This document shows positions 14,160-23,213 of a DNA stretch of 46,651 bases, piece by piece. The stretch is taken from NCBI GenBank assembly GCA_905182635.1, contig CAJJCM010000002.1:1-46651 (forward strand), given 5' to 3'. The first letter of the stretch is position 1; every line of letters starts with the position of its first letter. Origin of the DNA: an uncultured Candidatus Poseidoniales archaeon. Lineage in GTDB: Archaea > Thermoplasmatota > Poseidoniia > Poseidoniales > Poseidoniaceae. A model generated the notes under the pieces. That model worked only from the letters and a program-made list of their open reading frames with translations, made no database searches and was not told where the DNA came from. A program made the position numbers and the translations under genes.

Positions 14160-16214
14160 ATGGGCTGTCGTCATGGTGGTGAACAGCGGCCAATCCGTCC
14201 ATTACTTCTTCTTCTCAGTGTGTTGCTGCTGCCTCTTTTAATCTCAGGAGTCCAAGCGAACTTGAATCAATCAAGCGATGGTGGCGAACTTTTTTTATCA
14301 TGTATTCAAGACAATGAATGCTTCTTAACTCCAGTTGCCACCGGAGAAGAAGTCATTTCAGATACGGTATTCGCCTCACCTGCACAACCCGATACGGTCA
14401 CACTTGAATTTGAAATGGACCCGCAGCAAAAAGAGTTGGCCTTACTCCCGAGTCTTCTCAAATCGATGGTTGTTGATTTGCGATTCACCGGTGAATTCTC
14501 AGGCGCTAATAAACCAGAACTCGAAGTTTCGTTGATTCTTGCTTCAACGGTCACGACATGGAACTTTGATGCAGAAGTCTTACCCTCAGCAACCACTTCA
14601 AATCCCTATACCTTGGAGGATGAAGCACTCAATTTGAACGGAGAACGATTACTGTGGCCAGAGCAAACTGTACGATTGCGATTGACGTTTGTTCTTGACC
14701 GACCGGGGACATGGGAATTGCACCTTCGTGGAGCTTCATCCTTGTATTTAGAAATTCCATGGTCCGAAGATATCGATGCTCGAAATACCGACGAGCCATC
14801 CAGCGACCTCGAACCTCAGTCCACCATTTTTGAAACGATTCATTACGGGGCCTTACTCGAGAACGATCGAGATTGTTGGACCTTTACGATTGAACAACAC
14901 GAACTGTTAAACATCTACCTTGAATGGGAAACTGTTCCAATCGAAATTCAACAAAGTCATGGTTTACCCGACCTCATTCAACCCTCTGGGCGCCTATCGG
15001 CTTCACCGGATGTAATTGTCAAAGAAAACGATGATTCGACTCGAATTACTTACCGTTGGCGTGCTCTTCCTCTTGGAGAATATATCTTCTGTATTGGAGG
15101 GACTGCAGGGAAATTCCAACCCTATATTTGGACCGGCCAACTTTCATATGAAGGTTCAGGCCCTCTCAATCCAAATGACTTTGATGGCAAGGCTTTCTAC
15201 CCCTCAGGTACTGCGCTCTTAGGCGATGAGAATGAAGCAGTATCCCTCACACAATCTGGCTTTGGCCTTCTCTTCCTTGGCTTTTTAGCATTGATTGGAT
15301 TTGTGATTGATGGCCTTCGTAATTCAACCTCTACTTTGCTTCGGTTTGGGGTTTTCACGCCAGGTGTAATTTTCTTACTCGTTGGAGGCATTTTACATCC
15401 GATGTGGGTCTTGGGCGATGAAGTTCAAACCGAATCCGAAATACAACTTGATGATTTGATTGAGATGCGACTCCAACAATTGTGGGATGTTTCGTATCCT
15501 GGTGTCCCCGAACAAGTCTTAGTAACTCATACAGGTTCAACTTGGGGCATGCTCGATGGTGATAATTTACAACTCAGACTTCTTGTTGAGGAGGCACATC
15601 CACTCCCCGATGGCCGATGGCAATTGATTGTACCAGAATTACAAGACCTACGTCTCGACCAAGCCATTTTCTCTCAAGTCGCTCAAGGAGGCGGTCAAAC
15701 GACCGACCAAGGTATGCTTGAACAACAAACAGTTCGCTTTATTCTACTCGCTGGGCGTTCTCTGCTTCTCGATATGCTGATGCTCGAAGCAATGATGGTG
15801 GTCGATGAACTTCCAAAGTCTTCCGTCTTCCATGTTGATTTTGATATGGTGAATGCTCCAGCAACTGGTTCAGTCAATGTTCCTGCTTGGTCAACACGCC
15901 CGGCATCAGTGAGTGTAAACGACTGGGTTCTGCTTCAAGGGGCTTTATTCCCAGAACAGATTTCTGTGAGTCTTTGCGATTGTGATTTAGACCTCTTAGA
16001 TGTCCGTTTTATCGAATCGCCTGGCTTTGATATCGGTGATGTCCCGCAAAACATCAACATCGAGAATGCTTCAGGACTCATTGGTTATTCGACACAAGTT
16101 GCTCTTTTTGGACTGTTCCTTTGTGTATTCGCAAGCCGAACTGAATATCAACGCCGTCAAAAAGCAAAAGCTCTCGCAACAACATTCTTTGGTCAAGAAT
16201 CAAAGTGGGATTGA
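14160..16214 (+). CDS. Hypothetical multi-pass membrane/surface protein
   Basis: Signal peptide, large acidic ectodomain with a PPC-like 'DRDCWTF' segment, two central TM helices and one C-terminal TM helix. Confidence 0.7.
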   Translation: MGCRHGGEQRPIRPLLLLLSVLLLPLLISGVQANLNQSSDGGELFLSCIQDNECFLTPVATGEEVISDTVFASPAQPDTVTLEFEMDPQQKELALLPSLLKSMVVDLRFTGEFSGANKPELEVSLILASTVTTWNFDAEVLPSATTSNPYTLEDEALNLNGERLLWPEQTVRLRLTFVLDRPGTWELHLRGASSLYLEIPWSEDIDARNTDEPSSDLEPQSTIFETIHYGALLENDRDCWTFTIEQHELLNIYLEWETVPIEIQQSHGLPDLIQPSGRLSASPDVIVKENDDSTRITYRWRALPLGEYIFCIGGTAGKFQPYIWTGQLSYEGSGPLNPNDFDGKAFYPSGTALLGDENEAVSLTQSGFGLLFLGFLALIGFVIDGLRNSTSTLLRFGVFTPGVIFLLVGGILHPMWVLGDEVQTESEIQLDDLIEMRLQQLWDVSYPGVPEQVLVTHTGSTWGMLDGDNLQLRLLVEEAHPLPDGRWQLIVPELQDLRLDQAIFSQVAQGGGQTTDQGMLEQQTVRFILLAGRSLLLDMLMLEAMMVVDELPKSSVFHVDFDMVNAPATGSVNVPAWSTRPASVSVNDWVLLQGALFPEQISVSLCDCDLDLLDVRFIESPGFDIGDVPQNINIENASGLIGYSTQVALFGLFLCVFASRTEYQRRQKAKALATTFFGQESKWD

Positions 16215-16217
16215 AGT

Positions 16218-16844
16218 TTACTTCTTTCCTTTCTTTGCTTTTTCTTTAGCATCTTGAATGACGTCATCAGAATCAACGCCTGCCTTTTTAGCAGCCTCTT
16301 TGATGATTTCTTCCTCTCGTGTAGAGATTTCTCCATCTTTGGAAGCGGACTTGACTACAGCATCGATGTTCATCTTTGCGGCTTCTTCATCGGTAATGCC
16401 CAATGCGTCTTGGAATGATTTCAATTCAGCCAATTCTACTTCGGTGATGATTCCATCTTCCCAAGCGGCTTCATAGGATTCCAAAAGGAAGGAACGGTAT
16501 GCGTCTGGATTGACAAGAACATCTCGGATCAGGCCATGATTCGGGCCGTCATCCTTTTGTGACATCTCAAGGATAGCAATCGAGCGACGCATTTCCTTGA
16601 CTGCCATATCTTTGAGGCCGTGTCCAGCCCAAACTGCACCTGCTGCGATGACAGCAGCAGCAAACCAACGCATGACGTCAGGATTAACAAATTCCCAAGG
16701 TGCGACAAGGTGGAAAATACCGAGCACAGCCATTGCTGCACCACACATAACTTCGACCCAGTCATTCATATCCGGTTCATCTTGAAAAATCGAAAGTCGT
16801 TCTTCAACCATGGTTTCAACATCATCGCCCATGTGTAAGGACAT
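16218..16844 (-). CDS. Membrane protein with two TerB-like 'DG-I-x-x-x-E' helical repeats
   Basis: Two TM helices, then AAWEDGIITEVELAELKSFQDALGI and ASKDGEISTREEEIIKEAAKKAGV. Confidence 0.65.
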   Translation of the reverse strand: MSLHMGDDVETMVEERLSIFQDEPDMNDWVEVMCGAAMAVLGIFHLVAPWEFVNPDVMRWFAAAVIAAGAVWAGHGLKDMAVKEMRRSIAILEMSQKDDGPNHGLIRDVLVNPDAYRSFLLESYEAAWEDGIITEVELAELKSFQDALGITDEEAAKMNIDAVVKSASKDGEISTREEEIIKEAAKKAGVDSDDVIQDAKEKAKKGKK

Positions 16845-16923
16845 GAGAAGCCGGGTCTTATGGGTGTCGGATTGAACCTATCCAAGCGTTGTCCTTTTGG
16901 ACTGTTGGCGCGGTTGAGGATAC

Positions 16924-19539
16924 ATGGAGGCGACCGAGCGGGCAGTGATGGCCTTAGATTTGCCTCCAAAGGTGCTCAAGTTCTTGACAGAAACGTGGGG
17001 AATCAAACACCTCCATCCCCCTCAGCACGAGGCGATGCCGAGTGTTTTGTCAGGTGCCAACACTTTACTCGCAATTCCAACTGCAAGCGGCAAGTCATTA
17101 GTTGCTTACCTCGGTATTGTGCGGCGTTTACTCGTCGATGAACCGGGTTCAAAGGCCGTGTATATTGTCCCTCTCAAAGCCCTTGCAAGTGAGAAGCATG
17201 AAGACTTGGTTGCCTTGGGTGGTTCGGTCGGATTAACCGTTGGGCTTGGCATAGGTGATGCTTCGGGAGAAGCCAAAAAAATCGACGAATGCGATATTCT
17301 GGTATGTACTTCAGAGAAACTCGATTCATTAATGCGAAATCGGTCTGAACTTATGGCAAATGTATCGATTGTAATCGCCGATGAATTTCATCTTATGAAT
17401 GATTCAACTCGAGGCCCAACCCTGGAAATAAACCTCACGCGATTACGATACCTTCGCCCAAAAGCACAAATTATCGCTCTTTCAGCCACGGTTGGCAATT
17501 GTGAAGAATTGGCTACCTGGCTCGATGCAAACCTCGTCATTTCATCATGGAGGCCCGTCGCTTTGGAATACAGCACCTTTCATGATTTACACCTTGAACC
17601 TCGACTTGTTCAAGCCGCAGGTCTGTCGACAGAAGCAGATGTACTCCAACCTCCACGTGACCTCGAAGGGCCAAAATCGCACCCGAGTTGGGTGGTTGTC
17701 AATGATGCAATCGACCAAGAGGGGCAAGTGCTGATCTTTGTCGGAACTCGACGCAGTGCTCAGTCCGAGGCTTTGAAACTCTCCAAACGAGTTGAAAAGC
17801 GACTCAAAAAAGAAGACCCTGACCGGCTGAAACGCTTGGAACTCTTCGCTTCAACACTTGAAGGGCGTAGTCAAACGGCCATGGCGGAGCGCCTTGCCGA
17901 ATCAATACGGGGCGGTATTGCATTCCACCACGCAGGCCTAACCCACGGCCAAAGAAAGGCCATCGAAGGCGCTTTTAAAGAGGGTTTACTCATTGGATTA
18001 ACAGCAACACCAACGTTGGCAGCAGGTGTCAATTTACCTGCTCGCAGAGTCTTGGTTCGAGACCTCAAGCGTTGGCATGATGGAATGAGTCGTCCACTTC
18101 CAGTGATGGAGGTTCGCCAAATGCTTGGCCGGGCTGGCCGTCCAAAGTACGATACTTTTGGAGAAGCATGGGTCTTGTGTAAGGGGACGGATGGCTGGAG
18201 TATTGCTGATGATGTCAGCGAACGGTATTTCTTTGGACCCGTAGAATCGATTTCCTCAAAATTAGCAAGTGAACCAGCATTACGCGCTCACCTTTTGGCT
18301 TCAATTGCAACTGGAGGATTTCGTCATCGTGGTGAAATTGGTGATTTCTTTTCAGCTACTTTCCTTGGATCCACCATCTCGAAAATGCAACTCAATGAAC
18401 GCCTTGATGAAATGCTAAATTGGTTGGTTGAAGAACGATTTATTCGTAAAAAAGGCATCGATGAAGCCTATGCTCAACGTCGTGCAGATGCTCAAGTAAG
18501 CAGTGATGAAGAAGAAAACTGGGACGATGAAATGCCAATATGGGCAACCATCGCCCAATCAACGGGTGGGGTTGAATTGCGTTCAAGTCGTTCAGAACAA
18601 ACTCCGCTGCCCAAGTCATCGACTGCGTTTACACAGGCCTCCTTAGGTTTTACTTCCGCTTCGGATTTGGCTCAAGTAGGAGGTTGGTCTGCGCCTTCAG
18701 CGAACGACCATTCCTCGATGGAATATGAAGCGACTCTGATGGGTGAGCGGATCACACAACTCTATCTTGACCCACTTTCGGCATCGGTCTTGCGGACAGG
18801 CCTTCGAAGGGCAGTTCGTCGGAAAGTACGTCAAAACGGTCCAGTAACCGACTTTGGCTTGATGCATTTAGCGTCTTCAACCCCTGATTTCTTACCACTT
18901 TGGGCTAAGAACTCTGAAATGGAACGAAGTTCTTCTCTTTGGCTCAAAACCAATGCTGTAGAAGATGAATTGCTCGCGGATGATTCGTTGGAAGAACGAT
19001 TACTGGGTAAGGTCAAATCAGCATGGATGCTTGAAAAGTGGATTGAAGAGGAAACACTGCGCACCATCGAAAGTGATCTTGATGTTAGCCCTGGAGATGT
19101 CAATCATCGTGTCGACCTCATGGGATGGCTTCTTGCTGCTGCCCAGCAAGTTCTTCTGACGGATGACGCCTTTGCTGAGGAACACCTTCCAATCATTGGA
19201 GAGATTGCTACCATTCTCGATATGTTGAGGCAACGAGTCCGGCATGGTTGTAAAACTGACTTGCTGCAATTGGTCAACATCAAGCATATTGGGCGTGCGC
19301 GTGCACGAGAATTGGCCGGTATGGGCATCAGAACACCGAAAGGGGTCATTTCAATGGACCGCCCGACGCGAAACAAAATCTTGGCAAAACGAGGATGGGG
19401 CCCACAGTTACTCGAAAAAATTCACAAAGAAGTCGAAAAAGTCCTCCGTCGCCCCGAATCGCCAGAAAAGCGGAGTAAGGCAATCACTCAACGTGATGAC
19501 GATGTTCCACTTTCGGATGAGACTCCATCGGATAATTGA
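16924..19539 (+). CDS. hel308: Ski2-like ATP-dependent DNA helicase Hel308/Hjm
   Basis: PTASGKS (Walker A), DEFH, LSATV, FHHAGL, TPTLAAGVNLPARRV, QMLGRAGRP, LYLDP, GRARAR motif. Followed by cgi121. Confidence 0.95.
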   Translation: MEATERAVMALDLPPKVLKFLTETWGIKHLHPPQHEAMPSVLSGANTLLAIPTASGKSLVAYLGIVRRLLVDEPGSKAVYIVPLKALASEKHEDLVALGGSVGLTVGLGIGDASGEAKKIDECDILVCTSEKLDSLMRNRSELMANVSIVIADEFHLMNDSTRGPTLEINLTRLRYLRPKAQIIALSATVGNCEELATWLDANLVISSWRPVALEYSTFHDLHLEPRLVQAAGLSTEADVLQPPRDLEGPKSHPSWVVVNDAIDQEGQVLIFVGTRRSAQSEALKLSKRVEKRLKKEDPDRLKRLELFASTLEGRSQTAMAERLAESIRGGIAFHHAGLTHGQRKAIEGAFKEGLLIGLTATPTLAAGVNLPARRVLVRDLKRWHDGMSRPLPVMEVRQMLGRAGRPKYDTFGEAWVLCKGTDGWSIADDVSERYFFGPVESISSKLASEPALRAHLLASIATGGFRHRGEIGDFFSATFLGSTISKMQLNERLDEMLNWLVEERFIRKKGIDEAYAQRRADAQVSSDEEENWDDEMPIWATIAQSTGGVELRSSRSEQTPLPKSSTAFTQASLGFTSASDLAQVGGWSAPSANDHSSMEYEATLMGERITQLYLDPLSASVLRTGLRRAVRRKVRQNGPVTDFGLMHLASSTPDFLPLWAKNSEMERSSSLWLKTNAVEDELLADDSLEERLLGKVKSAWMLEKWIEEETLRTIESDLDVSPGDVNHRVDLMGWLLAAAQQVLLTDDAFAEEHLPIIGEIATILDMLRQRVRHGCKTDLLQLVNIKHIGRARARELAGMGIRTPKGVISMDRPTRNKILAKRGWGPQLLEKIHKEVEKVLRRPESPEKRSKAITQRDDDVPLSDETPSDN

Positions 19540-19564
19540 AAGAGAATATCCATCTGGAATCACC

Positions 19565-20122
19565 ATGGCACAACCTCCGTTCCCATGCTTTGCTTGGTGT
19601 TCAGAGCAGCCAGTTGATGCCAAGAGGCTCCTCCAAACATTCCTTGAACTCCGTCCAAACTCTCAATGGGTAATGGTCGGTGATGGATGCGTGCAATCCA
19701 ATCTCCAATTGTGGACCGCGTGGATGTGTGCATCTCGAAGATGGATTCGTAAGACTTCATTGGCTCGCTCGCTCGACGCTGAGTTCTTGCGCTATCTTTC
19801 GGGAACCCACCATGTTTCTGAAGCCTTCAAACGGTCGGGTGTTCGAGACGATGACAATGCGGGTTTTGTTGTTTTTTTACCCGAGGCCATCGCTACTGAT
19901 GAAACTCAAGCGGATTGCCAAGTGGTCGAATATGACTTTGAAGATATTGAACTCCAAGCAACTTCGATGCTTTCCCGTCTTGAACTCGAAACGAATTCGG
20001 ATGAATATATTCTTTCAAAATTAGGGGCACTCCGGCTGGGAATGAAATTTGAATCCGAACAAGAAGTCCTTACCGAATCTGCACTTATTGGACATATTCT
20101 CTCTTCTGAATTTACTTCGTGA
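19565..20122 (+). CDS. cgi121: KEOPS complex subunit Cgi121
   Basis: LARSLDAEFLRYLSGTHHVSEAFKRSG resembles the Cgi121 core, and hel308-cgi121 adjacency is known in archaea. ATG at 19565. Confidence 0.8.
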   Translation: MAQPPFPCFAWCSEQPVDAKRLLQTFLELRPNSQWVMVGDGCVQSNLQLWTAWMCASRRWIRKTSLARSLDAEFLRYLSGTHHVSEAFKRSGVRDDDNAGFVVFLPEAIATDETQADCQVVEYDFEDIELQATSMLSRLELETNSDEYILSKLGALRLGMKFESEQEVLTESALIGHILSSEFTS

Positions 20123-20173
20123 GCAAAACGAAATAGAGTAGAGTTCAAACACCATTGCTTCTACCGCCTTTGT

Positions 20174-21616
20174 ATGGTGATGAGCGCAAGTCCAACTGAT
20201 GAGCACAGACCGAGTACAGGTCGCTACCTCGATCAATCGAAAATACAAGCTGCACTTGACCATGCACAAGACCTTGGTGCATCGTATGCGGAAGTTCGAT
20301 TGATGGCAATTACCGATTCGAGTGTCGCTCTTCGAGATGCAAAACTTGAGCGAGCAATTCCTGGACAAGAAGTTGGCGTCACCTTGAGAATTTTGGCGGA
20401 CGGTGCGTGGGGTGTTCATTCGACCACGGACTTAATCTCTTTACCATCTCAAATTGAATCGACGGTTCGACTGGCAAAAGCAGTTGCTGCTCGCCGTTCC
20501 TCTAAAGACAGACCCGTTCAGTTGGCGGAAGTCCCCATTTTGCAAGACGAGATTCATTGGAAACCAAAGCAAGATGTTCGTAACACGGAGTTACAAACTA
20601 AAATTGATTATTTGAACACACTCCATGACAGTGCGGCAGACGATGACCGCATTATTTCAGTGACGTGTGGCTGGAGCGATGAGCACCTCCATACAGAACT
20701 GATGACCAGTGAAGGAATGAACCGAGTTTGGTCATTCCAACGTTCACTCATCAATGCAAGCGTCACCGGTCGAGATGGTGACGAGGTAGTATCCTATAGA
20801 ACAAGACACGGCGGAGAAGGTGGGCTTGAAGTTATCGAAGCATGTGACCTCGGACAACTCGGTGAATCAGCCCGAATTGCCACATTACGTCTCCTCAAAG
20901 CAGAACGAGCACCTTCTGGTAAATTGCCACTGATCGCCGACCGCGATTTGACAGGTGTCTACATTCACGAAGCACTGGGCCATCCATGTGAAGCCGACCT
21001 TGTGGCTGCTGGTGATTCATGTCTTGCTGGGAAACTCGGTCAGACCATCGGAAATGATATTGTATCGGTCGTTGATGACCCTACAATGCGTGGTGGCTAC
21101 GGAGCCCATCCAATCGATGATGAAGGACTCGACACTCGTGAGAAAAACCTCATCAAGAAAGGTGTTCTTACAGAATACCTCAATCATCGAGAGACTGCGC
21201 ATCACTTTGGCATAGAGCCAAATGCAGGTGCACGAGCCCAAGATGGCTTGCACCATCCACTTGTTCGCATGTCGAACACAATGATCAAGGGTGGAACGCA
21301 CAATGACATCGATGAATTGATGGAAGACATTCAGTATGGCGTTTTTGCTTGTGGCTCTCGTGGCGGTCAAGTCGATACAGGTCGTGGCTCATTCCAATTT
21401 GCAGCCCAAGAAGCTTGGTTGATTGAAAACGGAGAAATCACTCGTCCATTGAAAGATGTAAGCGTAAGTGGTTTGACACTTCAAATTCTAAAAGATGTTG
21501 ATGGATTAACCCGGGATGCACGCCTTGCAGCCCCTGGATTCTGTGGCAAAGGACAAACTGTCCCTGTCGGTGACGGCGGCCCAATTATGCGAATTTCTCA
21601 GGCTCTGGTGGGCTGA
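20174..21616 (+). CDS. tldD: TldD family metalloprotease
   Basis: YAEVR, HEALGHPCEAD, DDEG, RMSNT, CGKGQTVPVGDGGP. Confidence 0.93.
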   Translation: MVMSASPTDEHRPSTGRYLDQSKIQAALDHAQDLGASYAEVRLMAITDSSVALRDAKLERAIPGQEVGVTLRILADGAWGVHSTTDLISLPSQIESTVRLAKAVAARRSSKDRPVQLAEVPILQDEIHWKPKQDVRNTELQTKIDYLNTLHDSAADDDRIISVTCGWSDEHLHTELMTSEGMNRVWSFQRSLINASVTGRDGDEVVSYRTRHGGEGGLEVIEACDLGQLGESARIATLRLLKAERAPSGKLPLIADRDLTGVYIHEALGHPCEADLVAAGDSCLAGKLGQTIGNDIVSVVDDPTMRGGYGAHPIDDEGLDTREKNLIKKGVLTEYLNHRETAHHFGIEPNAGARAQDGLHHPLVRMSNTMIKGGTHNDIDELMEDIQYGVFACGSRGGQVDTGRGSFQFAAQEAWLIENGEITRPLKDVSVSGLTLQILKDVDGLTRDARLAAPGFCGKGQTVPVGDGGPIMRISQALVG

Positions 21617-21618
21617 AA

Positions 21619-23022
21619 ATGCTTCCAGATGATGCAGTCGACCGTATTGTAGCGGGTTGCCGAAGCATTGGTGCTCTCTGTCAAAGCCAAGGTGTTCAAC
21701 AATGGGAAATCGTGGCCACACAATCGTATGGGCACAGCATAGACATTGAAGCGGGTAAAATCGCCCTTGCTGCCGGAGGCGGTGAAGGTGGCTATGGTAT
21801 TCGGATTGTCGAAGATGGACGATTTGGTTATGCATATCTTGTCGATTTAGGCTCTGCAGATTATGCCATTCAACAAGCACGCGATATTGCTAAAGTATCG
21901 CCTTCTGTGAAGGGTTTTGTCCTTCCGAGTGAACAAGAGGCGAAAAAAGTAGGAGGATTGTTTGACAAGAACATCCTCAGTATTGGTCCCGAAGATTTAC
22001 TTGAACAGGCTGATGCGATTTTGAGTGAAGTTGCTTCCCTTGATGAACGAGCCGTCGTTACTGGCGGTGGCTTAGGCGTTGGAGCAAGTGCTGATGCGAT
22101 TTTTTCCAGTGAAGGGATCGAGTCCAGCGGTGTGACGACTTCACATGGAATTGGTGTTCAAGTTTCCATCGATGCCGATGATGAGTTGACCAGTTCATAC
22201 GAAGGTGATTCAAGTTGTCAACGCCTTCAGAATGTACCTGATTGTATTGCTGTTGCTGTTGATTGGGCACAGAAGACCCGTGGGCCTATTGAAGTCAATA
22301 CCGAAGCACATGACACTCCAGTTTTGATGACAAGTGAAGGTTTTTCACCGTTGTTTTCAATGGTCGTTCCTTCTGCTGTTCGTGGTGACCGGTTGGTTCG
22401 AAATGAATCATTCTGGTCTGGAAAGCAAGGTGAACTTGTGCTTGCAGACGACCTTTCACTCATCGATGATGGAAGAATGGAGGGCGGAAAATCGGCTTCT
22501 TCTCGAGATGGAGAAGGCGTTCCAACTCGCCGCCAAACCTTAGTCGAAAACGGCCGTCTTGTTGGTTCATTGTGGTCGACAAGAGATGCTGCACAACAAG
22601 TGGCTGAAGGCCGTATCGAACATGCAGAAACCAACGGTTGTGCAGTTCGAGGTAGTCATCAAAGTCCACCGGGTACTGGCTGTGCTGATTTACAAATGGT
22701 TTCCTCTCGAAAAAGCTCCTCGCAAGAGGCACTTCTTGAGCGAATGGAAGACGGTTACATCGTCCATAGCGTCATGGGGGCGCATACTGCGAATCCAACC
22801 AGTGGTGATTTCTCGGTTACATCGAGTACGCTCTTGCGGGTCGAGGGTGGAGAAATTCTAGGACCGGTTAAGCAAGCTGGGCTATCTGGTAATCTTGCTA
22901 AGGCTCTTTCTAAAGAAGTGTACCTTGGGAATGATGTTCGTATCCAAGGATCTTATTCATCCGGCAACATGCACCTTCCTGACGTCCTGTTGATGCAAGG
23001 ATTACGAATCAACCCCGCATAA
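21619..23022 (+). CDS. tldE: TldE/PmbA family protein
   Basis: GYGIRI, DGEGVPTRR, GAHTANPTSGDFS. No HExxxH. Directly follows tldD. Confidence 0.9.
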   Translation: MLPDDAVDRIVAGCRSIGALCQSQGVQQWEIVATQSYGHSIDIEAGKIALAAGGGEGGYGIRIVEDGRFGYAYLVDLGSADYAIQQARDIAKVSPSVKGFVLPSEQEAKKVGGLFDKNILSIGPEDLLEQADAILSEVASLDERAVVTGGGLGVGASADAIFSSEGIESSGVTTSHGIGVQVSIDADDELTSSYEGDSSCQRLQNVPDCIAVAVDWAQKTRGPIEVNTEAHDTPVLMTSEGFSPLFSMVVPSAVRGDRLVRNESFWSGKQGELVLADDLSLIDDGRMEGGKSASSRDGEGVPTRRQTLVENGRLVGSLWSTRDAAQQVAEGRIEHAETNGCAVRGSHQSPPGTGCADLQMVSSRKSSSQEALLERMEDGYIVHSVMGAHTANPTSGDFSVTSSTLLRVEGGEILGPVKQAGLSGNLAKALSKEVYLGNDVRIQGSYSSGNMHLPDVLLMQGLRINPA

Positions 23023-23161
23023 GTCTCTCAGTCGCTTGATTCGATAATCAACGGAAAGGAACAAAGTCCACGGCATTCTTTATGTCCTGTCGTCTCTCCT
23101 GTAGTTATCCATGGAGGTCAAGGGAGTGTACAGTCTCAACCAAACCGCACGAAAGCCCGCA

Positions 23162-23205
23162 GCCTGTTCTCCGTACAGGCCCCGAACGAACACGTCTGGC
23201 GGAGG
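23162..23205 (+). promoter_or_regulatory. Putative SD-sequestering RNA pseudoknot in the rpa leader
   Basis: Stem GCCTGT(23162-67)/ACAGGC(23175-80). The loop TCTCCGT is complementary, with G-U pairs, to GCGGAGG(23199-205), which overlaps the SD. Confidence 0.35.
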
Positions 23206-23213
23206 TCTTTGCA

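Noticed and set aside
18445-18720. Intein in Hel308
   Set aside because: No intein terminal His-Asn or recognisable splicing blocks. The insert is short and low-complexity.
19244-19564. N-terminal extension of the 292-aa ORF containing Cgi121
   Set aside because: It overlaps the hel308 3' end in another frame. The Cgi121-sized protein begins at ATG 19565.
23082-23213. In-frame N-terminal extension of RPA from ATG 23082
   Set aside because: A strong GGAGGT SD precedes ATG 23214, and the extension does not look protein-like.
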